Positions 28,368 to 40,179 of a stretch of 64,000 nucleotides of DNA are shown piece by piece; positions within the stretch are counted from its first letter, which is position 1; each line of letters opens with the position of its first letter. The notes beneath the pieces were generated by a model, which worked only from the letters and a program-made list of their open reading frames with translations, was not told the DNA's origin and ran no database searches. This stretch comes from Vicinamibacterales bacterium. GTDB taxonomy: Bacteria > Acidobacteriota > Vicinamibacteria > Vicinamibacterales > UBA2999. A program made the position numbers and the translations under genes. The stretch spans positions 1,115-65,114 of the forward strand of contig JBEBGV010000003.1 in assembly GCA_040081265.1 (NCBI GenBank), read 5' to 3'.

Positions 28368-29377
28368 TGCGACGCGCCACCAGCCTCGTGCGGGCAGCTG
28401 TCGTGTGCCTCGCCCTGGTCGTCTGCGCCTCATCGGCCGAGGCCTACCTCCAGTTCATCGTGCCCCTCCGCGGTATCCCGACGGTGCTGAAGTGGAAGCG
28501 GATGCCGGTAAGGTGGTTTGCGACCGACGCATCCGCCAGCGGTGTCCCGGCTGCTGCCCTTCAGGCGACCGCCGCCCACGCGTTCTCGTCGTGGGAGTCG
28601 GTGCCGACGGCGTCGATTTCCTTCGCCTATGTCGGCTTCACCGGCGCATCTCCGTTTGCCGACGACGGGTTGTCGGTGATCGGGTTTGCCAACGAGCCGG
28701 ACGAAGACCGGACCCTGGCTGCGACAGGCTTCACGATCGACACCTTGACCGGCGAGATCGTCGAGTCCGACATCTTCGTGAACTCAGCGTTCCTGTGGTC
28801 AACCGCCAGCGCGGGCGATCCGGCGCGGTATGACCTCGAGTCGGTGCTGGTGCACGAGATCGGGCACTTCCTCGGGCTCGACCACTCGCTGGTCGGTGAA
28901 ACCGAGCTGCTCGGGCCCGATGCCCGCCGCGTGCTCGCGTCGGGTTCGGTGATGTTCCCGATCGCCTTCGGGCGTGGCAACACGGCGGACCGTGCGCTGC
29001 AGCCTGACGACATCGCCGGGGTGTCGTCGCTCTACCCTGATGGCAGTTTCACGAGCGCGACGGGCACGGTGCGGGGGCATGTGCAGAAGAACGGGCGGGG
29101 TGTGTTCGGCGCCCACATCGTGGCGTTCAATGTCCAGACCGGCACGCTCATCGGCGGGTTCACGCTGAACACCTCAGGCGAGTACGAAATCATGGGGCTG
29201 TCGCCAGGGCCCTATGTCATACGTGTCGAGCCGCTGGACGACGCGTCGATCGAGAGCTTCTTCATTGCGAGCGACCCCGTGGACGCAAACTTTTCGGTGA
29301 CCTACGCCGACCGACTGATCATCGTCGGCGCTGGTGGCGTGACCAGTTCAGTCGACATCACTGTGAGGGCGAAGTGA
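28367..29377 (+). CDS. matrixin-like (M10) zinc metalloprotease with C-terminal carboxypeptidase-regulatory-like domain
   Basis: 336 aa with a signal peptide, the zinc motif VHEIGHFLGLDHS, a Met-turn (SVMFP) and a C-terminal segment GTVRGHV...GEYEIMGLSPGPYVIRV. Confidence 0.8.
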   Translation: MRRATSLVRAAVVCLALVVCASSAEAYLQFIVPLRGIPTVLKWKRMPVRWFATDASASGVPAAALQATAAHAFSSWESVPTASISFAYVGFTGASPFADDGLSVIGFANEPDEDRTLAATGFTIDTLTGEIVESDIFVNSAFLWSTASAGDPARYDLESVLVHEIGHFLGLDHSLVGETELLGPDARRVLASGSVMFPIAFGRGNTADRALQPDDIAGVSSLYPDGSFTSATGTVRGHVQKNGRGVFGAHIVAFNVQTGTLIGGFTLNTSGEYEIMGLSPGPYVIRVEPLDDASIESFFIASDPVDANFSVTYADRLIIVGAGGVTSSVDITVRAK

Positions 29378-30066
29378 TGGCCCGGCTGGCAAGCGTGCTG
29401 CTGGTCGTGTGGCTGCTGCTCGGACTCGCCGCCGATGCCCACGCGCAGCGTGCGCGGGTTGCGGGTCCACCGAGGTTTGACATCACGCTGGGGGCCGGGC
29501 TGGTCACTGGCGTGGCGCTTGGTGAGGCGTCGGCCAACCTGCGGTCGAACGCGACGACACCCCAGTCCTACCCGCTGTTTTCGACCAGCACGCGGCTCCT
29601 TCCGGCGCCCGTTGTTGATGTTCGTGTTGCGGGAGCCGTGACGAGCAGGGTGGCTATCGAAGGCCAGGTGCATTTCGGACAGCCTGAGCTGGAGACCGCG
29701 ATCTCGGCCGACAAGGAACTGGCGCCCGACGTCACCGTGTCGGAGCGAGTGACTGAGACGCTGCTGGCCGGGGGCGTGCGTGTCACCCTGGCCAACCTTG
29801 GCCGGCAGCCTCGCACCCTGCCGTATGTGTCCGGCGGCGTCGGCGTGCTGAGGCAGGCGCATGAAGAGGGCGGGGGAACCGAGCAGAGTTCGCTCGTCTA
29901 TCTTGGCGGCGGTGTCAGGCATGCATTGTCGGTGCGCCCGGGCGGGCTCCCGCGCGTCGGAATTCGTGGGGACGTACAACTGCTGATGGTCAAGGGGGGC
30001 CTGAGTGTCGACGACAAGATCACGCCGCAACTCTCGGTGACCGGGGGCGTGTTCTTCACCTTCTGA
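29374..30066 (+). CDS. hypothetical outer-membrane beta-barrel protein
   Basis: 230 aa with signal peptide LLLGLAADAHAQ, alternating strands and a C-terminal aromatic residue (GGVFFTF). Its start overlaps the matrixin stop. Confidence 0.55.
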   Translation: MMARLASVLLVVWLLLGLAADAHAQRARVAGPPRFDITLGAGLVTGVALGEASANLRSNATTPQSYPLFSTSTRLLPAPVVDVRVAGAVTSRVAIEGQVHFGQPELETAISADKELAPDVTVSERVTETLLAGGVRVTLANLGRQPRTLPYVSGGVGVLRQAHEEGGGTEQSSLVYLGGGVRHALSVRPGGLPRVGIRGDVQLLMVKGGLSVDDKITPQLSVTGGVFFTF

Positions 30067-30073
30067 ACCGAGG

Positions 30074-30832
30074 ATGATCACCTTCGACGGCGTGTGGTGT
30101 CGCCGCGGCACCCGCGACGTGCTCAACGACGTCAGCTTCACGGTGCTGGAAGGGGACACGCTTGCCCTCGTCGGGCGGAGCGGGGCAGGCAAGAGTACAG
30201 CCCTCAAGCTGGTCAACCGCATGCTTGTCTCCGACCGGGGACTGGTGTCGGTGGCGGGTCGCAACGTGCTCGAGCTGGATCCGATCGCGCTGCGCAGACA
30301 GACGGGCTACGTCCTCCAGGAGGTGGGCCTCTTCCCTCACATGACCGTGGCGCGCAACGTCGCGGTGGTTCCCACGCTGCTCCAGTGGCCGACCGATCGC
30401 ATCGAGGCGCGCGTCGCCGAGTTACTGAACCTGGTGGGCCTGCCGGCGAGTGACTATGCCACGCGCTGGCCCCACGAACTCTCTGGAGGCCAGCGTCAAC
30501 GCGTCGGCGTGGCCCGCGCCCTGGCCGCCGATCCTCCCGTGCTGCTGATGGACGAGCCATTTGGTGCGCTCGATCCCGTGACCCGCGTCGAGCTGCACGC
30601 CGAGTTCCGTGGAATCCAGAGCCGGCTGCGGAAGACGATTGTCCTCGTCACCCACGACATGCAGGAAGCCTGCGCCCTGGCCACACGGATCGGTGTGCTG
30701 CACGAAGGCCGGCTTGTTGCCCTCGACACGCCGGAGGGGCTCCGGAGCTCGCGCGAGGCGGCCGTGCGGACGCTGTTCGACGCGATGTTCGATGGCCGAG
30801 TCCCTGCGCTTCCGGGCATGGGCGAAATCTAA
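30074..30832 (+). CDS. ABC transporter ATP-binding protein (osmoprotectant-uptake type)
   Basis: 252 aa with Walker A GRSGAGKST, signature LSGGQRQRVGVARAL and Walker B LLMDEP. Confidence 0.9.
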   Translation: MITFDGVWCRRGTRDVLNDVSFTVLEGDTLALVGRSGAGKSTALKLVNRMLVSDRGLVSVAGRNVLELDPIALRRQTGYVLQEVGLFPHMTVARNVAVVPTLLQWPTDRIEARVAELLNLVGLPASDYATRWPHELSGGQRQRVGVARALAADPPVLLMDEPFGALDPVTRVELHAEFRGIQSRLRKTIVLVTHDMQEACALATRIGVLHEGRLVALDTPEGLRSSREAAVRTLFDAMFDGRVPALPGMGEI

Positions 30833-32364
30833 TGTCCGCACTGCTGGCATTCTGGGCGTCGCACGCCGAGGAGTTCTGGCGCCTCCTGGGTCAGCACGTA
30901 CTGCTGGTGCTGGTATCGACTGGGCTTGCCGTGGCCATCGGGGTACCGGTCGGCATCGTCGCTGCTCGCCGACCGCGGGTTGGTGCGCCGCTCGCAGGGC
31001 TGGCCAGCCTGGTGCAGACCATCCCGAGCCTGGCGCTGTTCGGATTTCTCCTTCCGTTGCCTCTGGTCGGCGGGATCGGCGCGAGAACGGCGCTGGTCGC
31101 GCTGATCCTGTACGCGCTCCTGCCGGTGATTCGGACGACAGCGGCCGGCCTCCTGGCGGTGGACAGGGCGGTTCTCGAAGCCGCTGACGCGATGGGTATG
31201 ACCTCGCGCGAGCGGTTGCTCCAGGTGGAACTGCCGCTCGCGTTGCCGACCATTCTTGCCGGTATACGCGTGGCCGCCGTCGTTGGCGTGGGCACCGTCA
31301 CCATTGCCGCGGCGATCGGTGCCGGGGGACTTGGCGACTTCATCTATCGCGGCCTGGCGATGGTGGATCCGACCGTCATCCTGGCGGGCGCGCTGCCAGC
31401 CGCGGCGCTGGCACTTACTCTGGACGGTGTCCTGCTGGCGCTCGAGCGGTCCGTCGGTCGCCCGGGCCACGCCAGGCGACTTCGCTGGAGTGCGGCTGGC
31501 GCGCTGGTGGCGATCGCTGGTGGAATCGTCGTTGCCGCCTGGCCACGTCCCGACGCCATCGTGATCGGCTCCAAGAATTTCACCGAACAGGTCCTGCTTG
31601 GGGAACTCCTCGCGCAGACGCTCGAACGTCACACCACGCTTCCCGTGGAGCGGCGGCTCAACCTCGGGGGCACGTTCATCTGCGATCGGGCGCTGCAGAG
31701 CGGTGACATCGACATGTACGTCGAGTACAGCGGCACCGCGCTCACGGCCATCTTCAAGCAGCCGGTGAAAAGCAATGCCGCTGCTGTTCTCGACGACATC
31801 CGCGGGCGCTACGCGTCGAGCGGGCGCAGCGTGCTGGCGCCGCTTGGGTTCAACAACACGTTTGCCATCCTGGTGCGCTCGGCTGATGCCCGTGCGCGAG
31901 GATTGTCGCGGCTCTCACAACTCGCCGAGCACGCGCCCGGATGGACAGCGGGGTTCGGCTTCGAGTTTCTCGAGCGCCAGGACGGCTATCCGGGTCTGGC
32001 CTCGGCCTACGGACTCCGGTTCCGCGAGGCCCCCCGGGTGATGGACCTCTCGCTGATGTACCGGGCGCTGGCGGGCGGGCAGGTGGACGTCATCGCCGGT
32101 GACACCACTGCCGGTCTCATCGCCGCGCTCGACCTGACCGTGCTGCAGGACGACCGGCAGTATTTTCCGCCCTACGACGCCGTGCCGGTCGTCAACGCCG
32201 CCACGCTGTTGCGCCATCCCGAGATTCGTGCGGCGCTCGCACGACTGGACGGCCGGGTGACCGAGGCCGCCATGCGGCGCATGAACAACGCGGTGGACGC
32301 CGAGAAGCGTGATCCGGCGGCCGTGGTGCGTGAGTTTCTCGACGCCCTCGACCGCGGAGTATGA
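30832..32364 (+). CDS. fused ABC permease / glycine-betaine-choline-type substrate-binding protein
   Basis: 510 aa. The N-terminal half has about six TM helices. The C-terminal half resembles an OpuBC-type binding domain ([20 protein letters not shown]). The start overlaps the ATPase stop (TAATG). Confidence 0.85.
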   Translation: MSALLAFWASHAEEFWRLLGQHVLLVLVSTGLAVAIGVPVGIVAARRPRVGAPLAGLASLVQTIPSLALFGFLLPLPLVGGIGARTALVALILYALLPVIRTTAAGLLAVDRAVLEAADAMGMTSRERLLQVELPLALPTILAGIRVAAVVGVGTVTIAAAIGAGGLGDFIYRGLAMVDPTVILAGALPAAALALTLDGVLLALERSVGRPGHARRLRWSAAGALVAIAGGIVVAAWPRPDAIVIGSKNFTEQVLLGELLAQTLERHTTLPVERRLNLGGTFICDRALQSGDIDMYVEYSGTALTAIFKQPVKSNAAAVLDDIRGRYASSGRSVLAPLGFNNTFAILVRSADARARGLSRLSQLAEHAPGWTAGFGFEFLERQDGYPGLASAYGLRFREAPRVMDLSLMYRALAGGQVDVIAGDTTAGLIAALDLTVLQDDRQYFPPYDAVPVVNAATLLRHPEIRAALARLDGRVTEAAMRRMNNAVDAEKRDPAAVVREFLDALDRGV

Positions 32365-32395
32365 TCGCGGGTTGAGGACGAGGGTAACGACAACG

Positions 32396-35101
<2,706 letters not shown>

Positions 35102-35104
35102 AAA

Positions 35105-35152
35105 ATGGGGTCGGAGGTCATTTAAAGAGGACACCATGGTTTCCGACCCCAT
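35105..35152 (+). other. 11-bp inverted repeat enclosing the GNAT ribosome-binding site and start codon
   Basis: ATGGGGTCGGA (35105-35115) pairs with TCCGACCCCAT (35142-35152). The 26-nt loop contains AAAGAGG and the ATG at 35136. Confidence 0.6.
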
Positions 35153-35630
35153 GGTCATCAGGACGGCGACCACTGAAGACGTTTCGCTCATCCTCGCCTT
35201 CATTCAGGAACTCGCCGAATACGAAAAGCTTTCGCACGCCGTCGTTGCCACCGAGGCGTCGCTGCGGCGGGAACTCTTCGGTGAGCGGCCGGCGGCCGAA
35301 GTCCTGATCGCCGAGGTGGACGGCGCGGCGGCCGGCTTCGCGCTCTTCTTCCACAATTTCTCGACGTTCCTGTCCCGTCGCGGGATCTATCTCGAAGATC
35401 TCTACGTGCGGCCGGCGTTCCGGCGACTGGGTATCGGACGCGCGCTGCTCACGCGTCTGGCCGGGATCGCCGTTGAACGCGACTGCGGGCGGCTGGAGTG
35501 GAGCGTGCTCGACTGGAACCAGAGTGCCTGGCGGTTCTACGAAAGTCTCGGGGCCGCGCCACTGGAGGACTGGACCACGTTCCGCCTCACTGGAGACGCG
35601 CTCATCGCCCTCGGAAGCCCGCGCCCGTAA
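35136..35630 (+). CDS. GNAT-family N-acetyltransferase
   Basis: The acetyl-CoA motif is YVRPAFRRLGIGRALL. ATG at 35136 is preceded by AAAGAGG. An alternative ATG lies at 35151. Confidence 0.8.
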   Translation: MVSDPMVIRTATTEDVSLILAFIQELAEYEKLSHAVVATEASLRRELFGERPAAEVLIAEVDGAAAGFALFFHNFSTFLSRRGIYLEDLYVRPAFRRLGIGRALLTRLAGIAVERDCGRLEWSVLDWNQSAWRFYESLGAAPLEDWTTFRLTGDALIALGSPRP

Positions 35631-35709
35631 AGTCCTGGCCCGCAGGAGCCGACTCTCTGGAGTACGCGGTGGAGTCCCCGACCGACTCCCCGTGCTGGCG
35701 GAGGGGCGC

Positions 35710-36249
35710 ATGGGCTCACTTCGGGTGCTCCTGGGAGTCGATCGGCGGCAGGCGCTGGAATTCTTCGTCGTCGGACTGCAGGACGTCTGCACGGAGGACG
35801 TTGACCGCCAGGAACTGCTCTACAACGCGAGTGTGCTCGCCCACTGGACCCAGGTGTCCACCCAGTCCGACACCGAGATGCCGGCACCGACCGACCTCGG
35901 CGATCTCTTCGACCGCTTCGTCCTCGACACCACGCTTTCCTCAGACGGGCCCATGATGGAGAACGCCGGAGCGCAGTGCCTGCTCCTGTCAGGGTTCTTC
36001 GAGGACCAGATGCGCGCCAGGCGTAACATCCGCTGGTACTCGGAGCTCGGTGCGGGGTTCTTCAGCCGGGCGGCCGCGTGTGAGTCCTCGAACCAGAAGG
36101 CGCGACTGCTCGAAACCCTGGCCCGGCACTTCGAGGTCTGGCGCCGCCGGCATGCGCGCCTGAGCCGCGAGTTGCGCGTGCAGCCCTACCTGCTCGCACC
36201 CTCCAGCAGGCCAGCCGCCGGGTCGCCGCTGACTCCTCCCACGGCGTAG
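35710..36249 (+). CDS. hypothetical protein
   Basis: 179 aa counted from the ATG at 35710. High GC3 and genome-typical codon use support coding. I recognise no domain. Confidence 0.5.
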   Translation: MGSLRVLLGVDRRQALEFFVVGLQDVCTEDVDRQELLYNASVLAHWTQVSTQSDTEMPAPTDLGDLFDRFVLDTTLSSDGPMMENAGAQCLLLSGFFEDQMRARRNIRWYSELGAGFFSRAAACESSNQKARLLETLARHFEVWRRRHARLSRELRVQPYLLAPSSRPAAGSPLTPPTA

Positions 36250-36340
36250 ACGGCGTCGTCTGCTCCCCGTCGATCAGCTCGTGCCCGTGCTCGAATCTCG
36301 GGCGTCGGCGCGGAGCCGTGTGGCAGAATCTGCACGCGAC

Positions 36341-39121
36341 ATGTCCGTGCAACCCGGCACGCGGCTCGGTCCCTACGAAGTCGGCGCCCAGATCGGCGTG
36401 GGCGGCATGGGCGAGGTCTATCGCGCGACGGATACGAACCTGAAGCGACAGGTCGCGATCAAGGTGTTGCCGGCGGCACTTGCCGGCGACGCCGATCGGA
36501 TGGCGCGATTCCAGCGCGAGGCCGAAGTGCTGGCCGCGCTGAACCATCCGCACATCGCGCAGATCTACGGCCTGGAGCGATCGGGTGCAACGACCGCGCT
36601 CGTGATGGAGCTGGTCGAAGGGCCGACGCTGGCGGATCGCATTGCTGACGTGGCGCGAACCCTGTCGGGTTCGCGTGGCGAGCCAGACAAGGCTCGCCCC
36701 ACAGGGTTGCCACTCGACGAAGCGCTGGCGATCGCGAAGCAGATCGCCGAGGCGCTCGAAGCCGCGCACGCGCAGGGGATCATCCACCGCGACCTGAAGC
36801 CCGCCAACATCAAGGTGCGTGAAGACGGCACGGTGAAGGTGCTGGACTTTGGCCTGGCGAAGGCGATGGACGAAGTAGGCAGTAGGCAGAGGGCAGTAGG
36901 CAGTGAGACGGCCTCGCAGGCGCCAACCATCACGTCGCCCGCGCTGCTGACGGGCGCGGGGATGATCCTCGGCACGGCCGCCTACATGAGCCCGGAGCAG
37001 GCGCGCGGCAAACCCGTCGACAAGCGCGCTGACATCTGGGCGTTCGGCTGCGTTCTCTTCGAGATGCTGACCGGCCAGCGGGCCTTTGCAGGTGATGACA
37101 TCGCCGACGTGATGGTGGCGGTGCTCAGCAAGGAGCCGGAGTGGGGGATGCTCCCCGCCACTGCGCCGCCGCTCCTGAGACGGCTTCTTCGCAGGTGTCT
37201 CGAGAAGAGTCCGAATCGCCGCCTGCACGACGCGGCGGACGTGCGCCTCGAGCTGGACGACGTGATCGCAGGAACTGCCGTCGATGAGCTGGGGCCTCGT
37301 CCGGCGAGCCCTTCCGAGGGCTGGCGTGGCTTGACCCTGCGTCACGCGCTCGCGGGTGTCGCCCTCGCCGTTGTTGGAGCGGCGCTGTCACTTGCGGTCG
37401 CGGCGTACCTCCGTCCGGCTACTGCGGAGTCTGGTCCTGTGCGTTTCGAGATCCCCGCCGGTGGCCAGCCACAGAACATGTCGATGTCACCCGATGGGCG
37501 GCGCATTGCGTACTCGGCACCAGTCGGCAACTCCAACCAGACCATGGTGTTCGTCCGTGCTATGGACGCCCTCGAGGCCCGTTCCCTGCCCGGCACTGAA
37601 GGCGGGGGACTCCCGCAGTGGTCGCCCGATAGCCGGAACCTGGTGTTCAACACCTCGGATAGCCGTCTGAAGCGGATCGACGTGGCGGGAGGTTCGCCGC
37701 AGACGCTCACGGCTCTTCCGGCGGGAGTGTTTCAAGGGGTCTCCTGGGGCCGCGATGGTGTCATTGTCTTTGCGAACCAGGGCGTGCTCCACCGGGTGGC
37801 GGAAACCGGCGGGGAAGTCACCGATCTCACGAAACTAGACCCCTCGCTCGGGGAGACGTATCACTTCTCGCCCTGGTTTCTGCCCGACGGCCGCCGCTTC
37901 CTCTTCGTCGGGTGGAGCGCGGATCCGGAGAACCGCGCGGTCTACGTGGGGTCGCTCGATTCGTCGTCCCGAACGCGACTGATGCCTGCGGAGGCCTCGG
38001 TGCGGTACGCGGCCGGTCATCTGGTGTTCGTGCGCGAACGCACCGTGATGGCCCAGCCGTTCGACATCGACACACTGCAGTTCACCGGCGACCCGATGCC
38101 CATCGCCGAGCAGGTGAACGTGAACCAGGCCGGCGCCGGGGCGTATAACATCTCGGCGCGAGGTGACCTGATCTATCGCGTGAACACTGACCTGGCGTCC
38201 GCCACACGGACCCTCGTGTGGCTGGACCGCAACGGTGCGAGAAGCGAGGCCGTCGGGCCGCCGATCAACGCGCCCCACATCAGTCTGTCCAACGACGGCT
38301 CCCGCGTGGCCATGTTCGAAGGCTTGGGGGCAGGTACCGCAGACATCTGGGTCTATGACACGCAGCGGAACGTGAGAACGCGCTTGACGACCGAGCCAGG
38401 CGCAGATCTCTTCCCCGTGTGGTCTCCCGACGACACCGACGTTGTTTTCAACGGTGTTCGGGCAAATATGCCGACTCTCCTGCGAAAGTCGTCAAGCGGC
38501 GCGTCGGCCGAGCAGGCACTCTTAGTCGACGGAGAGGGCGCCCAGTTGCGCGCGCGGTCATGGTCACGCGATGGCCGCTTGATCCTGGCTGAGAGGAATC
38601 CGTCCGCCGCAGGGTTGGTCGCCCGGCGAGACGTCGTGGTGATCGACGTGAGTGGCAGCGCGAAGGCTGCCCCGTACCTGGCGACACCGTTCGATGAGGG
38701 GCAGCCCGCGTTCTCACCCGATGGGCGATTCGTCGCCTACATGTCGAACGAATCGGGATTGCAGCAGGTGTTTGTCCGCCCGTTTCCGGATGCGACAGCC
38801 GGCAAGTGGCAGATCTCGTCCGAGGGAGGCCAGTATCCGAGGTGGCGGCGCGACGGACGGGAGCTGTACTACATCGATAGTCAGGGGCGGCTTGTCGCGG
38901 TTGAAGTGGCCACCCAGGGTTCGCTTCGCGTCGGCAAATCCACGCCGCTTTTTGCCGCGCCCGTGCTGAACCCCACCTCGCTCACCGGCAACATGCCCTA
39001 CGATGTCGCGCCGGACGGGCGCTTCCTGTTCACGGCGCCGCTGACAGCGGCAGACGGTCAGGCGACCACTTCCGCGCCCATCATCGTCGTGCTCAACGCG
39101 CTGGCTGGCCTGAGTCGCTGA
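36341..39121 (+). CDS. Ser/Thr protein kinase fused to TM helix and TolB-like WD40 beta-propeller
   Basis: I trimmed this to the ATG at 36341. Hanks-kinase motifs are present: GVGGMGEVY, AIKVL, HRDLKPANI, DFGLAK and YMSPE. One TM helix follows, then repeated PDGRR/SPDG propeller blades. Confidence 0.9.
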   Translation: MSVQPGTRLGPYEVGAQIGVGGMGEVYRATDTNLKRQVAIKVLPAALAGDADRMARFQREAEVLAALNHPHIAQIYGLERSGATTALVMELVEGPTLADRIADVARTLSGSRGEPDKARPTGLPLDEALAIAKQIAEALEAAHAQGIIHRDLKPANIKVREDGTVKVLDFGLAKAMDEVGSRQRAVGSETASQAPTITSPALLTGAGMILGTAAYMSPEQARGKPVDKRADIWAFGCVLFEMLTGQRAFAGDDIADVMVAVLSKEPEWGMLPATAPPLLRRLLRRCLEKSPNRRLHDAADVRLELDDVIAGTAVDELGPRPASPSEGWRGLTLRHALAGVALAVVGAALSLAVAAYLRPATAESGPVRFEIPAGGQPQNMSMSPDGRRIAYSAPVGNSNQTMVFVRAMDALEARSLPGTEGGGLPQWSPDSRNLVFNTSDSRLKRIDVAGGSPQTLTALPAGVFQGVSWGRDGVIVFANQGVLHRVAETGGEVTDLTKLDPSLGETYHFSPWFLPDGRRFLFVGWSADPENRAVYVGSLDSSSRTRLMPAEASVRYAAGHLVFVRERTVMAQPFDIDTLQFTGDPMPIAEQVNVNQAGAGAYNISARGDLIYRVNTDLASATRTLVWLDRNGARSEAVGPPINAPHISLSNDGSRVAMFEGLGAGTADIWVYDTQRNVRTRLTTEPGADLFPVWSPDDTDVVFNGVRANMPTLLRKSSSGASAEQALLVDGEGAQLRARSWSRDGRLILAERNPSAAGLVARRDVVVIDVSGSAKAAPYLATPFDEGQPAFSPDGRFVAYMSNESGLQQVFVRPFPDATAGKWQISSEGGQYPRWRRDGRELYYIDSQGRLVAVEVATQGSLRVGKSTPLFAAPVLNPTSLTGNMPYDVAPDGRFLFTAPLTAADGQATTSAPIIVVLNALAGLSR
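36655..36708 (+). repeat. double-hairpin palindromic segment inside the kinase CDS
   Basis: GCGAACCC-tgtc-GGGTTCGC spans 36655-36674 and GGCGAGCC-agacaa-GGCTCGCC spans 36677-36698. An alternative outer pair is AACCCTGT (36658-36665) with ACAGGGTT (36701-36708). Confidence 0.7.
36875..36909 (+). repeat. heptamer run GTAGGCA inside the kinase CDS
   Basis: The units GTAGGCA GTAGGCA GAGGGCA GTAGGCA GTGAGAC encode part of the activation-loop region (EVGSRQRAVGSE). Confidence 0.8.
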
Positions 39122-39187
39122 AGCGGGTCGTTCCGGCTATAATTCGCCTCCGGTCGCAGCGTCCCGACTTTCCGGAGAGAGACACAC

Positions 39188-40108
39188 ATGCAGAAATCAC
39201 TGATTGCGGCGGTCGCCATTCTGGCGCTCAGCGCCGTGTCCGCGTCCGCTCAGTACCCGGTCCCGAGGCAGACGTCGTACGCCATGACCGTGGCCGAAAA
39301 GGCGAACCTGCAGATCGCCCACGACTTCTGGCGCGACATCATGCTGGGCGGCAACCTCGACATCGCCAGCCACTACATGCCCGCCGACTTCATCTCGCGC
39401 AACCCGAACGTCGCCGCCGGACGGGACGCGTTCGTGAAGGTCTTGCAGGAACGTCCGTCGCTCTTCCAGAACACCGCTCGGCAGCGCGCCGGCACTCCTG
39501 AAGTAGAGTTCGCGAAGAACGACTACGTGTTCTTCATGTGGGCGAACTTCGTGATCAACCCGATCGAGCCCGCGAAGATCTTCAAGTACAACACCCTCGA
39601 ACTCTTCCGCATCGTCAACGGCAAGGTGGTCGAGCACTGGGACGGCGCGCACAAGAGCGTCGCCGGGGACTTCGGGCCGAAGAGCCAGGGCGGCGGCACC
39701 TACAACCACTCCACGAACCTGTCGGCCAAAGAGCAGGAAACGAAGAAGCTCGGCATCATCGAGTTCAAGGACATCCTGCAGTACGGCCAGACGCAACTCG
39801 CCCAGCAGTACATGGCAGCCGGCTACATGCAGCACAACATGAACGTGGCTGGCGGCCGCGACAACTTCATCAAGAACTTCAGCACGCGCCCGAAGCTCGA
39901 GGTGAAGGACGCCTGGGTCACGCCGCCGACGCTCGAACTCATCACCGGCAACTTCTACTTGAAGTTCGACGAGCGCATGGAGAAGGACCCCACCGACCCG
40001 GCGAAGATGGCCGTGTTCTACCGCTTCGACATGGTGCGTTGTGACGATGGGCTGATCCAGGAACACTGGGACGTGGCCTACCCGAACGGCTTCCCGGCGC
40101 CGCGGTAG
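39188..40108 (+). CDS. secreted protein with two tandem SnoaL-like / NTF2-like domains
   Basis: 306 aa with a signal peptide. There are two homologous halves, each ending in a G.V.EHWD motif (NGKVVEHWD and DGLIQEHWD). Confidence 0.7.
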   Translation: MQKSLIAAVAILALSAVSASAQYPVPRQTSYAMTVAEKANLQIAHDFWRDIMLGGNLDIASHYMPADFISRNPNVAAGRDAFVKVLQERPSLFQNTARQRAGTPEVEFAKNDYVFFMWANFVINPIEPAKIFKYNTLELFRIVNGKVVEHWDGAHKSVAGDFGPKSQGGGTYNHSTNLSAKEQETKKLGIIEFKDILQYGQTQLAQQYMAAGYMQHNMNVAGGRDNFIKNFSTRPKLEVKDAWVTPPTLELITGNFYLKFDERMEKDPTDPAKMAVFYRFDMVRCDDGLIQEHWDVAYPNGFPAPR

Positions 40109-40179
40109 TTCTGGGAACACCCCTCACGGCGGCGCGCGTCAAGGCGCGCGCCGCCGATCTCGGCTTCGATCTGTGCGGC

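Noticed and set aside
36321-36334. Sigma54-like TGGCAG-N-TGCA upstream of the kinase gene
   Set aside because: The GG-to-GC spacing is two nt too short relative to the TGGCAC-N5-TTGC consensus.
39197-40120. 307-aa ORF on the minus strand, almost exactly mirroring the SnoaL-like gene
   Set aside because: The plus-strand product has a signal peptide, an internal domain duplication and conserved EHWD motifs. The minus-strand product is a low-complexity V/R/E/H-rich sequence.
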